From Neophaeotheca triangularis (taxonomy: Eukaryota): DNA of 64,000 bases. Position 1 is the stretch's first letter; each line of letters starts with the position of its first letter. The stretch is from the NCBI GenBank assembly GCA_054600435.1, contig BAAIJX010000007.1:434001-498000 (forward strand), in the 5' to 3' direction. The notes below the pieces were generated by a model that worked only from the letters and a program-made list of their open reading frames with translations, was not told where the DNA came from and did not search any database. Below, piece after piece: positions 10,333 to 21,620 of the stretch. The translations under genes and the position numbers were made by a program.

Positions 10333-12585
10333 TCACGCACCACCAGCACCAGCACCAGCAACCCTCAACCCAATCGCCCCAAAATCCTCCCGCTGCTCCA
10401 CAGCAACCAACCCCCTCGTCCCCAGCGCCAGCACATGCAACAGCGCCTGCGCGGCCACGACGGCCGAATTGCTCTTCGGGGGCAACAGCGCCTCGAATTC
10501 GATACTGCCCCGCAAAGCCTCGTCTTCGTCGTCCGCAGCCCCAGCGTCCGCTTCCGCAATCGCCGCTTGGACGAAAGTGAAAAAGTTCGCGCTCTCGCCG
10601 TCGAGGATTGCGCTTTGCCATTGCGTCTGTGCTGCTGTTTGCGTGTCTACTGCTGCGGCCGGGCCGTGCAATTCGTAGGCTTCGGCTTCGGCTTCGGCAT
10701 CGGCGTCGTAGTGGGTCGGCGAGAGCTGGAGTTCGTCGGTTTCGCTGCCGCCATGTGTTGCTGCGGGGCCTGGTCCTCGGCCGTGCAGGGGTGAAGCGGA
10801 GACGAGACGGCTGCCGCGGCGGCTGAGAGGGTTGAAGGGCGGGAATTGGTTGCTCATGCCTGCGGAAGTGGGGAAGCCTCCGCCACCGCCTGCGCTGCCG
10901 AAGAGTGCGGTTGGTCGCCGTGAGCCGGTGCTCTGGTTCCAGGGGAACGTGTTTGAGAGGTGGCGGTCGTCTGCCAATGGGGTCGGGGCGTCGCGGCCTT
11001 GTTCTATGCTGTCGTCGTTGGGGAGGATGTAGCCGTCTTCGTCGTACATAGGGTCTACACCGCCGCGGCCGAGTTCGTCGGAAGGAGGTTGGTCGCTGCG
11101 GGAGCGCACGCGGCGGGTTTGAACTTCGGGCTCGTCCTCTCGAGCGCGTTTCTTCGCGTCTTTGGAGCCGAGTTTGCTGCCCAAGAGCGTCTCAAGTAGT
11201 TTGGTGCCGGTGAAGATGCTCAGGGGCCCTTGGTCGGAGACACCAAGGCTGTCGATACCGAGGACCCAGTATTCTGCGTTCTTCTTTGCTAGAGCGGCGG
11301 CTTTGGCAGTGTTCTTGTGCTTGAGGTTGTTGCTCATATTCTCGAGGTAGTCTCGCTGCCATTGTGCTAGCACGCGGTTTCCAATCTCGATGGTTGGATC
11401 GTGAGGAACCGTGGCCACCGGCTTGGCACGACGCCTTTGTGGAGCCTCTGCGGTTTCGGTGCTGGTCTCTTGCTGCTCGCGAACATCGTGCGCAGTCGTT
11501 GATGGGTCTTGGTCGTTCTGCGGTAGGGCAGCAACCTCGTAGTCGTCGTCTTGTATTGGCATGTAGTTGTCGTCGTCCGCTTGAGGTTGACGAATTGCAG
11601 AGCCTGCAGCGTCACTGCCGTACACTGTACCACGTGCAGACGGGGCGGCATAATGCCGAGTTGTCTGGTCTCTCATCGCAACGTCGCCATCATCGTCAAT
11701 TGCCAACCCGAGGTCATCTTCGTATAGAGGCGCCGGCTCTTGCGTGGCACGCCCAAGCCTCGAGCCTACTCCTGATTCTGCGCCGAGACTAAGACCTCGA
11801 AAGTCACCTCCACCGAACGAGCTCGCCGAAGGTGGAATGATGAGACCGCCGATGCTTTGCTGTGAGCCCATATCAGTCATTTGCGACCCGTGGGGCGATA
11901 GGGTCGTACGCTGAGAGTCGCCTGCGGTGGTAAGGTCGAGATCGAGCATGTCGAGATCCATTGGCATGTCGAAATCTGGAAGGAAGTTCGGGTCGTCTTG
12001 GAGAACGATTTGATCGGCTCTGAAAGATCCGTTAGCTTTGAAGAAGAAGTTAGCAGGGTGTTTACCTACTTCGCTTTGTGTCCACCTTCAGAGATCAGCG
12101 CGCTGGTGCGCATAGCCTTGATGATCATCCGCATGTTGTTCTTCGCGTTCTCGGCGTCGTTGAGCACGTAGCCACACTGCTGCGCGTAGACGCGTGTGAC
12201 ACCAAAGCTGGGTTACGTGTTAGCAGCTTCGAATTGTATGGATCAGGAGGGAGCAGGATAGCAACGTACAGCAGATTGCTCTGGAGCCGCAGCGCCATGG
12301 GCGCCTCGGGCGCGACGATTGTCTCGCAAGCCTTTGCGACATCGACATCGAGAATCGCTTTGCGCGAGACTTTCTTGAGTGTTGACTTTGAGCCGAGGGT
12401 CGCGACCAGCCTGTGAGGGAAGATGTTAGTGGCGGCATGGCGCAGGATCCGGTTGATAGACTTACCAGACCGTGGCTACGCCATATTTGCGCGATGTGAG
12501 CACTGCGGGCATTGTTAGAGACGCGTCCTCGGCGTGTAGTAGAGCTCTTGCAAGCACTCGACGTACCTTCATGGGAGTAGAACAT
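10333..12585 (-). CDS. REC8: Meiotic cohesin kleisin Rec8 (Rad21/Rec8 family)
   Basis: Spliced N-terminus MFYSHEVLTSRKYGVATVWLVATLG...MALRLQSNLLFGVTRVY (four short GT-AG introns between ~12020 and 12566) and C-terminal winged-helix region FEALLPP..VAAQALLHVLALGTRG. Confidence 0.88.
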
Positions 12586-12978
12586 GGTCGTGAGGTATGG
12601 AGGAGGTGTGGTGAGTGATAGGGTTTAATATGGGCACCTCCAGGACGACCTATGGAAGTATCAGGGCTGTGGGGAATGTAGGTCAGACGACGAGACGGAG
12701 TATGAGGGATTAATCGAAGCAATGAGAGTATGGATGGTCGAGATGTGTAGTGAGGTTGGAACCTAACTTTTGCCTTGGCAGAAGCCGGGCACACATTGGG
12801 CGCTGAAGCATGACTTTCGTGTTGCACTCGTGCAAGAATGCCATTACTTATGATGCGCTATGCTTTTTACTGCGCCTCGCTCTATCCTACCTAGCAGTGC
12901 AAGTGAGCGAACTTCAATCGAGATTAGGGCATGCAGCCTACGACTGGCAGATCAAATCTCTTGCGGTTTGCTTCAGCA

Positions 12979-14757
12979 TTATGCCGCCTTCTCCTCCTCC
13001 GGGGTAAGTGTCGGCAGCTCAACAGCGCGATAGAGCAAAATAAGCGCACTGTGGCTTTCGCCTCCGCCAGCAAGCGTCTCAATCTTCTCACTCTCCACCT
13101 CCTGGACCTTCTCATCGTTGAACCACCACCACTTGCCATCCTCGACCTTTCCATCAGTGGCAGCCTTCTTCACATACGCAGTGTAATGTCCACTGTCTGC
13201 CGATGCACCCTGATGAGTGACCACCCCACGCAGTTCGTACAAGCCAGTCTGGTTTGCGTTCTTGTCTTGGGCAAGGTCAGGAGCGACAAGCGAAAGCAAC
13301 TCTTTCTTCGAGGCGGCAATGCCAGCCCTTCTTTCCGCTTCAATCTCATCGTCTGTCTTGAATTTCTCGCCTTCGGTACCTCCCATAGTAGTGTCCTGGT
13401 CGGCTCTCGCATCAGCCTTTTCCTCCTTCAGCTCTCCCTCGCTGGCAGGCCCTTTTGCCTTGAGCTCGCGCTCCTTCTCCTTCTCCTTGCGCTTCTGCAA
13501 GGGCTCGTTAGATAAGACCTTGTCGTCGCCATTTTGCTCGGCCTCAACCCGCATCCGTTTTTGCCTCTTCTTCTGACGTTCGACGTCCTCTTGCTCCTTG
13601 CGAATTTCCCTCAAACGGTCACGAATAGGGATGAGTTTCTTCCGGAGGTCCTCGGTACAGAACTCGGTGACGTCGATTTCGTGCTGGAACGTGACCTTGC
13701 GCATAATCTTCGCTTTCTTGCCCGTATCTTTTCTCCAGAAGAACCTGAGCAGGTGAATGGGCATGTACTTGGGCAGTCTCGAGATACGTGACGTCTCCTT
13801 GTACACAGCGTTCCGGCCAAGGCTAGGAGAATTTTTCTCCAGCTCTCCGTTCAGAGCGATGCTGATTCCTTCCCGCAAGTGATTCGTGTCGACCTTGATG
13901 TTGCATGGAAGTGCCAAAAACTGACTCTTAGTGGTAGTAGGTTCTTCCTCGGGGGCTTCTTCGCTCTTTGTAGTAACCTCGAACTGTCCACCCATGAAGT
14001 CGTCCACCCAGCCCTTCTTGTCACTGTCCGTTGCATCTTGCATCTTGAGCCTTTGCTGCAGCGTCTGCATGATCGACGTCCACACCTCTTCGGCATCTTG
14101 TTGGGCGTATCCATGTCCGCTCTTCGCCTTTTCCGCAAATTGGGGGAATTGTTGGCGAAGGGTAGTGAGAAACATGATCGGGGGGAAGCCTTCTTGAGTC
14201 TGGCCCATTTGGTCGTAGAGATCGCGGAGAGCAGTCGCAAGATCGTTGCCGCCGCCCAAGCCGCCTAGTCCGAACTGCGCCAGCTGATCGGGAGAGAAAA
14301 GGGAAGAGTTGGAAGGGCCAGCCGCAGGAGCAGCACCGGGGTTGTAGGACTTCAGCTCCTGCTGTAGCTCGGGTATGGCACGAAGGGTCTGGAGTGTGGC
14401 GTTGGCATAGCAAGTGTTTCCGGTGTTCTGCAGGCCTGCAGGTGTAGCTCCCTCTTGCTGAGCGAGTTCCGCCTCCGTCATGTCCTCTGCAAACTTCATT
14501 CTCTCCGTTGGCATGTCAAACTTGACCTCGGCGGAAGGCTTGCCCAACAGCATGATTTGAGCGCCGGGCTTGAGGTTCAGGGACTCGATGGTGGTGTCGT
14601 CCTTGACCAGCTTCTTCGCCATGACCTTCTGGTTCTCCGGCTCGACGTTGGTCAAGCTGTATAGCTGCATTTTGAGCACTTCACCAGTAGTTTCCGGCTC
14701 CACCTCGATATCGTACACCTTTCCGGCATGCTTCACTTTGAGCGGAATTACCGCCAT
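12979..14757 (-). CDS. UBP6: Proteasome-associated ubiquitin C-terminal hydrolase (Ubp6/USP14)
   Basis: N-terminal ubiquitin-like domain (LKVKHAGK), Cys box GLQNTGNTCYANATLQ, His box THQGASADSGHY and WWWFND; intronless. Confidence 0.93.
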   Translation of the reverse strand: MAVIPLKVKHAGKVYDIEVEPETTGEVLKMQLYSLTNVEPENQKVMAKKLVKDDTTIESLNLKPGAQIMLLGKPSAEVKFDMPTERMKFAEDMTEAELAQQEGATPAGLQNTGNTCYANATLQTLRAIPELQQELKSYNPGAAPAAGPSNSSLFSPDQLAQFGLGGLGGGNDLATALRDLYDQMGQTQEGFPPIMFLTTLRQQFPQFAEKAKSGHGYAQQDAEEVWTSIMQTLQQRLKMQDATDSDKKGWVDDFMGGQFEVTTKSEEAPEEEPTTTKSQFLALPCNIKVDTNHLREGISIALNGELEKNSPSLGRNAVYKETSRISRLPKYMPIHLLRFFWRKDTGKKAKIMRKVTFQHEIDVTEFCTEDLRKKLIPIRDRLREIRKEQEDVERQKKRQKRMRVEAEQNGDDKVLSNEPLQKRKEKEKERELKAKGPASEGELKEEKADARADQDTTMGGTEGEKFKTDDEIEAERRAGIAASKKELLSLVAPDLAQDKNANQTGLYELRGVVTHQGASADSGHYTAYVKKAATDGKVEDGKWWWFNDEKVQEVESEKIETLAGGGESHSALILLYRAVELPTLTPEEEKAA

Positions 14758-15524
14758 CTTGGTCACTGCACTGCTGCTGCGAGGAAGGTTGATTAATGTA
14801 GACGCGGTAGAGATGGAAATCGGACTTGATGGACGGGTCGTCGAGATTCACGTGCCAGTGGCAACTTGAAGCTTCGTTGGTATGCGGTCGGTATGCGAGC
14901 TATCTGTAGAAGGTCATGGATGAACAACAACAGAAAGGCGCCATCAATAGATGATCAGATAAGGGGAAATTCCGGGGATCTGCCGACCAACAGCACCGCC
15001 CACCACGCCCACGAATGATGCATGGATGCTACCAGTAGTAGTAGTACTTTTATGAAGTGCATTTTGTGATCAGTATACATACATACTGTACCTAGATATA
15101 GTAAATTACACATGTATAATTGGTTTAGTTGAGTACTTGTCAGTCTCTCATCGACCCTAGACCCTAGAGAGCTAGCTAATTGAAACAGTCTATTATCCGT
15201 TACCTTAGTTGTGAAAGTAGGTCGCAACCTACCTTTCCCTTAGATGATGTCAACTTCACTTTCTATATCAAGGTTAGATATCGGAGAATCACCTACTCCA
15301 GACTGCCAGGTGCTATCAGACAATTATTACTACTATTACTATTTTGATTGTCCCTTCTCGATTGTTCCATCTTCTAGAAGCAGAAAAAAAAGCTACGCCG
15401 TGGTAGGCCCGCACGCCCGTCAGCCAAAGGCCCAAACTCAAGTCGCCCAAGGCAAGTCGCTTTGTCCACAGTACTACTGTGTCCATGTCGATGCTATCGT
15501 GGTTAGTAATGAATTAAGAACTGT

Positions 15525-15582
15525 ATTGGTATTGGTCTTGGTTTTGGTTTTGGTTTTGGTTTTGGTTTTGATCTTGATCTGG
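15525..15582. repeat. (GGTTTT)n hexamer microsatellite with degenerate flanks
   Basis: attggtattggtcttggttttggttttggttttggttttggttttgatcttgatctg. Confidence 0.85.
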
Positions 15583-16251
15583 TGACAAAAAAGACCTGGC
15601 AGGCATTGAAAAGCACGGGGCCCAGACGCATCTTCAGAGCGCCCCACTCTGCATAGCTAAAGGCGAAGCTTGAAGTAAAAGAAGAAGCGTAGGTTGGCGT
15701 AACGTTCACGGTACCTAGGTAGGCAGCCCAGAGTCGCAGACTGCATGCCGAGCTATCACCCACCACTATAACTTAACTAACTAGCTGCTAAGGTACTTCT
15801 TATATACACGACTACTCACCTGATCCACCCGCCCAGTCCGACTCGGCCTTGCTTGCCCACCATTTCCTCTTTCAACCTGGACAACACCACTCGACACCAC
15901 CGCTCCCAATCCCTCCCGACCCTTCCCTCACGCAGCTCCTCTTATCTACAAGACCGCAACGACCGCGAGCTCCCATTCCTCAAGGAGTTACGAGGAAGCC
16001 AGTCTTTCTTCTCGCTGCAACTTCCATCTCCATTCAAACTTGGATCTCTCCTCGCCCTCCTCGTCCTCTTTTGCGGCGTCTTGACCTTTCAAATCTTCTC
16101 CAAAAGCTACCTCTTCCATTCCTATCCCTCTCCTCCACCGCCGGCGTCTTGCCCCACCCCGACCTACAACCCTTTTCTCGAGAACCTCTACTGCCACGCC
16201 AACACCCAGCATCACGACCCGGGTAGTCTTTACAACACCAGTCCGCGCAGC

Positions 16252-17823
16252 ATGGCCCTCGCAGCAGCAGCACAGCGCGTAGCCGCCGAGTTCGAGTACA
16301 CGTCCGGCAATGTACAGACCGGTGTGAAGGAGTTTATCAGGCAGATGGACGAGGGACTGGAGACAGCGGGCACGACAATGAGCCAGATTCCTACATATGT
16401 GGCGGCCGTGCCCAACGGAACAGAAAAGGGTCTCTACATGGCCGTCGATCTTGGCGGAACAAACTTCCGCGTCTGCTCGATTGAACTGCACGGAAACAGC
16501 ACTTTCAGCCTGACGCAGAGCAAGGTCGCTATACCCAAGGAGCTCATGGTGGCCAAGACGAGCTCCGATCTCTTCAGCTTCCTCGCCAAGCAGATCGAGT
16601 CCTTCCTCAAAGAGCACCATGGCGACCACTACCACTCGCATATCCGCAGGCGCGCAAACCCCGGCGAAAAGAGCGGGTTCCAGGAAGAGGAAATATTCAG
16701 TTTGGGCTTTACATTCTCGTTCCCTGTTCAGCAGGTTGGCATCAACAAGGGTTTCCTCATGCGCTGGACAAAGGGCTTCGACATTCACGACACGGTCGGG
16801 CAAGACGTTTGCGCGCTGCTACAGAAGGAGATTGATATCCTCGGCCTACCTGTCCGCGTTGCAGCGCTCGTCAACGACACGGTCGGTACCCTAATGGCGA
16901 GGTCATACACTTCTCCCGGCAAGACTGGAACGCTCTTGGGAGCCATTTTCGGCACAGGTACGAACGGGGCTTACGTTGAGAAGCTCGACAAGATCACCAA
17001 GTTGGACGCAATGAAGAAGGAGGGCGCGGCAGAGGTCGACGATTCTACCGGCGAAATGATCGTAAACACTGAATGGGGCAGCTTCGACAACCACTTGTCT
17101 GTCCTCCCCAACACGCCTTACGACAGCTCCCTCGACAAGGAGTCCGTCAACCCGGGCGTCCAAATGTTCGAAAAGCGCGTGTCCGGCATGTTCTTGGGTG
17201 AGATCCTGCGCCGAGCTCTCCTCTCCCTCGTCAAGGATCCGAAAGTGCCTCTTTTCAGCGATGAGAACAGCAGCCAAAACGACGCCCACAGCACGACAAA
17301 CATTTCCCCCGACTCCGGACTCTACAAGCAATGGGGTTTTGACACATCCCTGCTCTCAATCACCGCCGGCGACAACTCGGCAGGCCTGAAAGTCACGCGC
17401 CAGACCCTGGACAAAGACTACGGCATCACAGCCGCCAGCGCCGAAGACGCCGAAGCCGTGCGCCTCATCGCTTTGGCCATTGGTAAGCGGGCCGCCAGAC
17501 TGTCAGCCGTGGCCATGGCGGCGGTTGTGCTCGCGACCGACAAGCTCAAGCAGCCCACCGAAATTGCCACCGACAACAACGCTAAGCTCGAAATCAACGA
17601 AGACGACATTGTCGATATCGGTGTCGACGGCAGTCTAGTGGAATTCTACCCAGATTTCGAAATGTACATCCGTGAAGCTTTCAGGGAGCTGCCGCAGATT
17701 GGCGCCGTTGGCGAAAAGAAGATTAGAATTGGCATTGCCAAGGATGGAAGCGGTGTTGGTGCTGCTTTGATCGCCCTGGTTGCTGATAGGGCTTTGAAGG
17801 GTAGGCTCCCTCCTTTCCCTTAA
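16252..17823 (+). CDS. GLK1: Glucokinase (hexokinase family); possible CUG-initiated longer isoform from 15877
   Basis: AVDLGGTNFRV, LGFTFSFP, WTKGF, VNDTVGTL, IFGTGTNGAY, NTEWGSFD and DGSGVGAALIA; first ATG at 16252 (MALAAAAQRVAAEF). Confidence 0.92.
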   Translation: MALAAAAQRVAAEFEYTSGNVQTGVKEFIRQMDEGLETAGTTMSQIPTYVAAVPNGTEKGLYMAVDLGGTNFRVCSIELHGNSTFSLTQSKVAIPKELMVAKTSSDLFSFLAKQIESFLKEHHGDHYHSHIRRRANPGEKSGFQEEEIFSLGFTFSFPVQQVGINKGFLMRWTKGFDIHDTVGQDVCALLQKEIDILGLPVRVAALVNDTVGTLMARSYTSPGKTGTLLGAIFGTGTNGAYVEKLDKITKLDAMKKEGAAEVDDSTGEMIVNTEWGSFDNHLSVLPNTPYDSSLDKESVNPGVQMFEKRVSGMFLGEILRRALLSLVKDPKVPLFSDENSSQNDAHSTTNISPDSGLYKQWGFDTSLLSITAGDNSAGLKVTRQTLDKDYGITAASAEDAEAVRLIALAIGKRAARLSAVAMAAVVLATDKLKQPTEIATDNNAKLEINEDDIVDIGVDGSLVEFYPDFEMYIREAFRELPQIGAVGEKKIRIGIAKDGSGVGAALIALVADRALKGRLPPFP

Positions 17824-18441
17824 TCTTGTCATTTGGGTTACTGACTCCGATTATCAGGTCTCCCCGATGCTCCGGCGCGCAAGGGGGGAGTTATGGGTAT
17901 GCTGCAGCAGGTCGTGGACAACGTCAACCGCAGCGTCCGGACGAGAGTGTAAGATGGACGCACGGACTTTGTAGCTAAGATCCTCTGCTCGGGTTGGGTC
18001 GTTCGCGTTGGGGGGTGTAATGATTTTGGCCATGTCTTTCCACTGTGTACGGGTTTTGCGCAGGCGTTTCGTCTGGTATGTACACACGAAAGCCGCTGGT
18101 ATAGTGCCATTCTGTATTGACCCTCATAGACTTTTGAGGCTGTTTTGCTGTGGTCGGTTGGCGTGATCTGGGCGCTCGATCGAGTCTTAAAGCACTGCTT
18201 CGTCGGTCTTTGACGTACTGCGTTCGCCGAACCCCCTGGCATTGAGGCAGAGTAGCTTGTGTGCGATCGAAGAGTTCAGCCATGAGGTCTCATGCCTCTC
18301 GAAGCTAGCTTCCAGCGTAGTTCTCTGTCTTAGCGATGATCGCAAGCAAGTCGCAAGTCGCCCAAGCCTTTCTCCAACCCATACGTTCCGTTGTTGCAAA
18401 GCGACATCCCATCCCATCACCCCATCATCAATGGAACCCCC

Positions 18442-19257
18442 TCACCCCGCACCCCCAAGCAAATCCCTCACCCCCACAACCCTCCTAACAACCACCGCGC
18501 CCTGCGGCCTCAATTTCCGATAGTACCCCTCCTCTCTCCGCACCTCCGCAAACCCACGCTTCGCATACCACTCCAGCCCCTCCTCATTCGCTTCCCACAC
18601 GTGCGCCCCGACGCTGCTGACACCGTGCTCCCTCACCGCTCTCGCGGTCACTATGGACAGCAAGTGCGTCGCGATGCCGTGGCGTCGGTAGGGGGATAAG
18701 AGCACCAGGGTGGAGAGGTAGAGCATTCTCTCTTCCTTTTCCTTGGCAGTGGCAGTGGTGGTGGCGTTTGGTTGTTGTTGGAGGTGGGAGGGCAGGATGC
18801 GGCAGCGGATTGCGCCTATCAGGCGGCCTTTTTGGGTTTCTTTTTCTGTTGGTTGGGAGGGGGGGCTGTCGTGCCAGAAGGCTAGTAAAGTTATGTTGGC
18901 GGTCAGAGCGTCGGTGACGGTTTCACGGTAGAAGGTTTCGGGGTAGGGGATTGGGAGGAGTAGGCTGTTGAGGCGTTTGAAGAGGGGTACGTCTGCGGTG
19001 GTGCAGGGGCGGAGTTGGACATTTGGGGGGAGCTCGGGGAGCAGACGGAAGAAGGCGGCGGGGGTGGTTTGTGAGATTGTTGGGTTGGATTCGTTGTTGG
19101 CGGGCTCATCATTGCTGCTGTCGTCGGGTGGGGGTGTTGGTAGGGTGGTGGGATTGGGTGTTTTACTGTCGTCGATGAGAGGTTCTACTCGTTGTGGTAG
19201 TGGATCTGTGACGGCGGAGGGTTTCTTGAACCATGTCATTAAGCTTGACTGTGGCAT
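18442..19257 (-). CDS. GNAT N-acetyltransferase, NAA50/Nat5-like
   Basis: FKRLNSLLLPIPYPETFY, LYLSTLVLLSPYRRHGIATHLL, AHVWEANEEGLEWYAKRGF and GYYRKL. Confidence 0.87.
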   Translation of the reverse strand: MPQSSLMTWFKKPSAVTDPLPQRVEPLIDDSKTPNPTTLPTPPPDDSSNDEPANNESNPTISQTTPAAFFRLLPELPPNVQLRPCTTADVPLFKRLNSLLLPIPYPETFYRETVTDALTANITLLAFWHDSPPSQPTEKETQKGRLIGAIRCRILPSHLQQQPNATTTATAKEKEERMLYLSTLVLLSPYRRHGIATHLLSIVTARAVREHGVSSVGAHVWEANEEGLEWYAKRGFAEVRREEGYYRKLRPQGAVVVRRVVGVRDLLGGAG

Positions 19258-19503
19258 ATTGGCGTACGGTCATCCCTGGATGTTTGTACTCTATCGACTT
19301 CTCTACCTAAATAGTTAAAACTATTTGGCTCGTCTGGGCAGTCGCGTCGACGCGAGCTCGAGCGACTTCCGCTTAGGTACTTGAAAGTTGCCTCGGGAAA
19401 ACTCCGGAAGATTTTCTAAAGCTTGCAACTCGGGCAGAGGGACGGACCTCACCTTTGCTATGCCTCTGTCGATGTTACTGCTAGAGACCTAACAGACAAC
19501 GCA

Positions 19504-20255
19504 ATGGGACAGGGGACCTCACAGCCGGAACGACATCTTTTCCAGCCGTATGCACCAGCCTCTACCCTACATTAATTGCCCCCAGGCGTTGCCATTGGCT
19601 TCCCCAACTAACAACCATACCGTAGAGAAACACCCGTCCGCTTCAGCCAGGCAGTCCTCGACGGTCTGCAAGCAAGTCCAGAGGTACGCTAATGCCTACA
19701 ACGTTTGTCGTCCTCACCCAACTAACCCCCTCCCAGTCAGACTCCACTCGCGCGCAAATTAAGGAGCTCCACCAACAAGAGCGCCGCAACGCCGAGCTCA
19801 AGCAGCAGCGCGACAACCAAGCCAAGCGCCTCGAGCAACTCACCTCTTCCCTGACCACCGACGCCCCGGCCGAGGAAACCACTTCCTCCACCCCCTCAGT
19901 CGCGATCGAAAGCGTACCATCCGCCGGCCGAGGCCTCGCCTACCACCTCTCCAGCCCCTTCTATCAAGACCACAGCTCCCCCTCAACCCCGGCCGCGGCC
20001 ACCACCCCCATCCCCGAGCCCTCAAACCGCAGCCACGACTCCGTCATGTCCGAGGTCCAGGCTCTGAGGCAGAAGCTGGAAGCGCGCAAGGGCGTGCAGA
20101 AGATGAGTCCCGAAGTGGAAAAGGCCAAGGAAGGGCTGGTGCAATGTTTACGGACCAATGACAGGCGTCCGCTGGATTGCTGGCAGGAGGTTGAGGATTT
20201 TAAGCGTGAGGTTGGTAGACTGGAGAAGGCTTTTGTTGACCGGGCTGGGAGGTGA
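19504..20255 (+). CDS. MIC19: MICOS subunit Mic19 (DUF1690/AIM13-like)
   Basis: Exons 19504-19547, 19626-19683 and 19737-20255 give MGQGTS (myristoylation-like), PVRFSQ, ESDSTR, a coiled coil and C-terminal CLRTNDRRPLDCWQEVEDFK. Confidence 0.85.
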
Positions 20256-20559
20256 ATAGACGTTGCAGGGTGGGGAGAGTGTGTTTGATGTAGACGCTAC
20301 AGGGCTTGCGTGGTTGTGTGTACTATACTGGCCGTTGATACGGATCGACATACCTAGGAGCATCCACCAGCGTTCGAATTGACAACATGCTTCAGCTCCC
20401 TGACTACAATTAAAACCAGCCAGATGGTCGCCATGTATTTTCTGCTACCAAGCAGCCAGCACCACCACATGAACGCATTCACCTTGGTAGAACAGGGTTT
20501 TGCAATTCAAGTGCTATTAGTATTGCCGACATGTCCGAAACCATGCTAATTATCAAACA

Positions 20560-20880
20560 TCCCAGCCCAAACGCTTGCCAGCCAACACTTGTTCTGTTCT
20601 CACAGAAAACCGCAGTTTCATAAAAGTCACGTCAGAATAGACAATCTCAACCTTCAATATTGTCTCGCTCCACCAATGCGTCGAATCCACAACGGCCAGT
20701 GTAATTTGTACCACAGGAGGTAATGAAATTTTTTCTTGTCCTGGGCAGGGCATTGAGGGACGATGTTTGGAACAGGAGTCGCCGTACAGGATGGGGCAGA
20801 CGAGCTTGCCAGTGCAGAGCTAGCTGTCGAGGTCGTCGCTGCGGTAGTGGGTTTCTTTGCCGTTGCCGTGGTAGGGGTAT
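20560..20880 (-). pseudogene. Possible decayed S/T-rich, Cys-containing extracellular protein fragment
   Basis: Reads TTATAKKPTTAATTSTASSALASSSAPSCTATPVPNIVPQCPAQDKK, then shifts frame in an A-run to ITSCGTNYTGRCGFD; no intact ORF. Confidence 0.3.
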
Positions 20881-21620
20881 TTACCTTTTAGGGGTGGTTA
20901 CTGTAGTAGGGATAAGTACATTTCCATAGTAGGGGTAAGGTAGTTGCGCCCGAAGTCATCAGTGTTGGATTTTGTGCGTTAGCTACTTGTGACAAAGTCA
21001 GGTTGAGCAGGATAGCTGCCGAAAAACGAAAGCAGCTTCATTGTGCGCTGCTGTAACGAGAGACTGTAGCACTCCCACTTCCCCAAAAGTAATAGAACTG
21101 AGCTGTGGTAGAGAATTGGGGAGTATTGGAAGGGATATTGCACAGATGCCTCCAGTATCATACAAACAACACACCTACCTGTAGCTTTCCACGGTCCGCT
21201 GCAATCCTGACTTACATCTGGGCACGGCCTGGTAACTGGCATACCTTGTTCGTATTTGATGCTTTGACTCTTTTCTTCCTTGGAGCGACTCGTCATGCAG
21301 CTACAGGCTTCACGACCATACTTGCCAATACCTCGGATGCGAGGACTACCTTACAGAAGGAGTCCAGTGTTGATGGATGTTCTACAACTGGCAGATGGCG
21401 GAAGTCGGACTCGCTCAGTTATCGGTTTTTCTGGCGGAAATGGAGTTGTCTCTTCGGGTATTTGCAGGTGCTCCTGGAGCTGAAACGGTTGAGGAGCCGT
21501 GGCCGGAGACGAGGAAGCCCCATGGAGTCGACACCATATATTTTATTATTGCTCGTAGCCATGGTCTCTTGACCTTCTCACACCCAGCTATTCAGCAATC
21601 CAGCAATCCAGACAGACATT

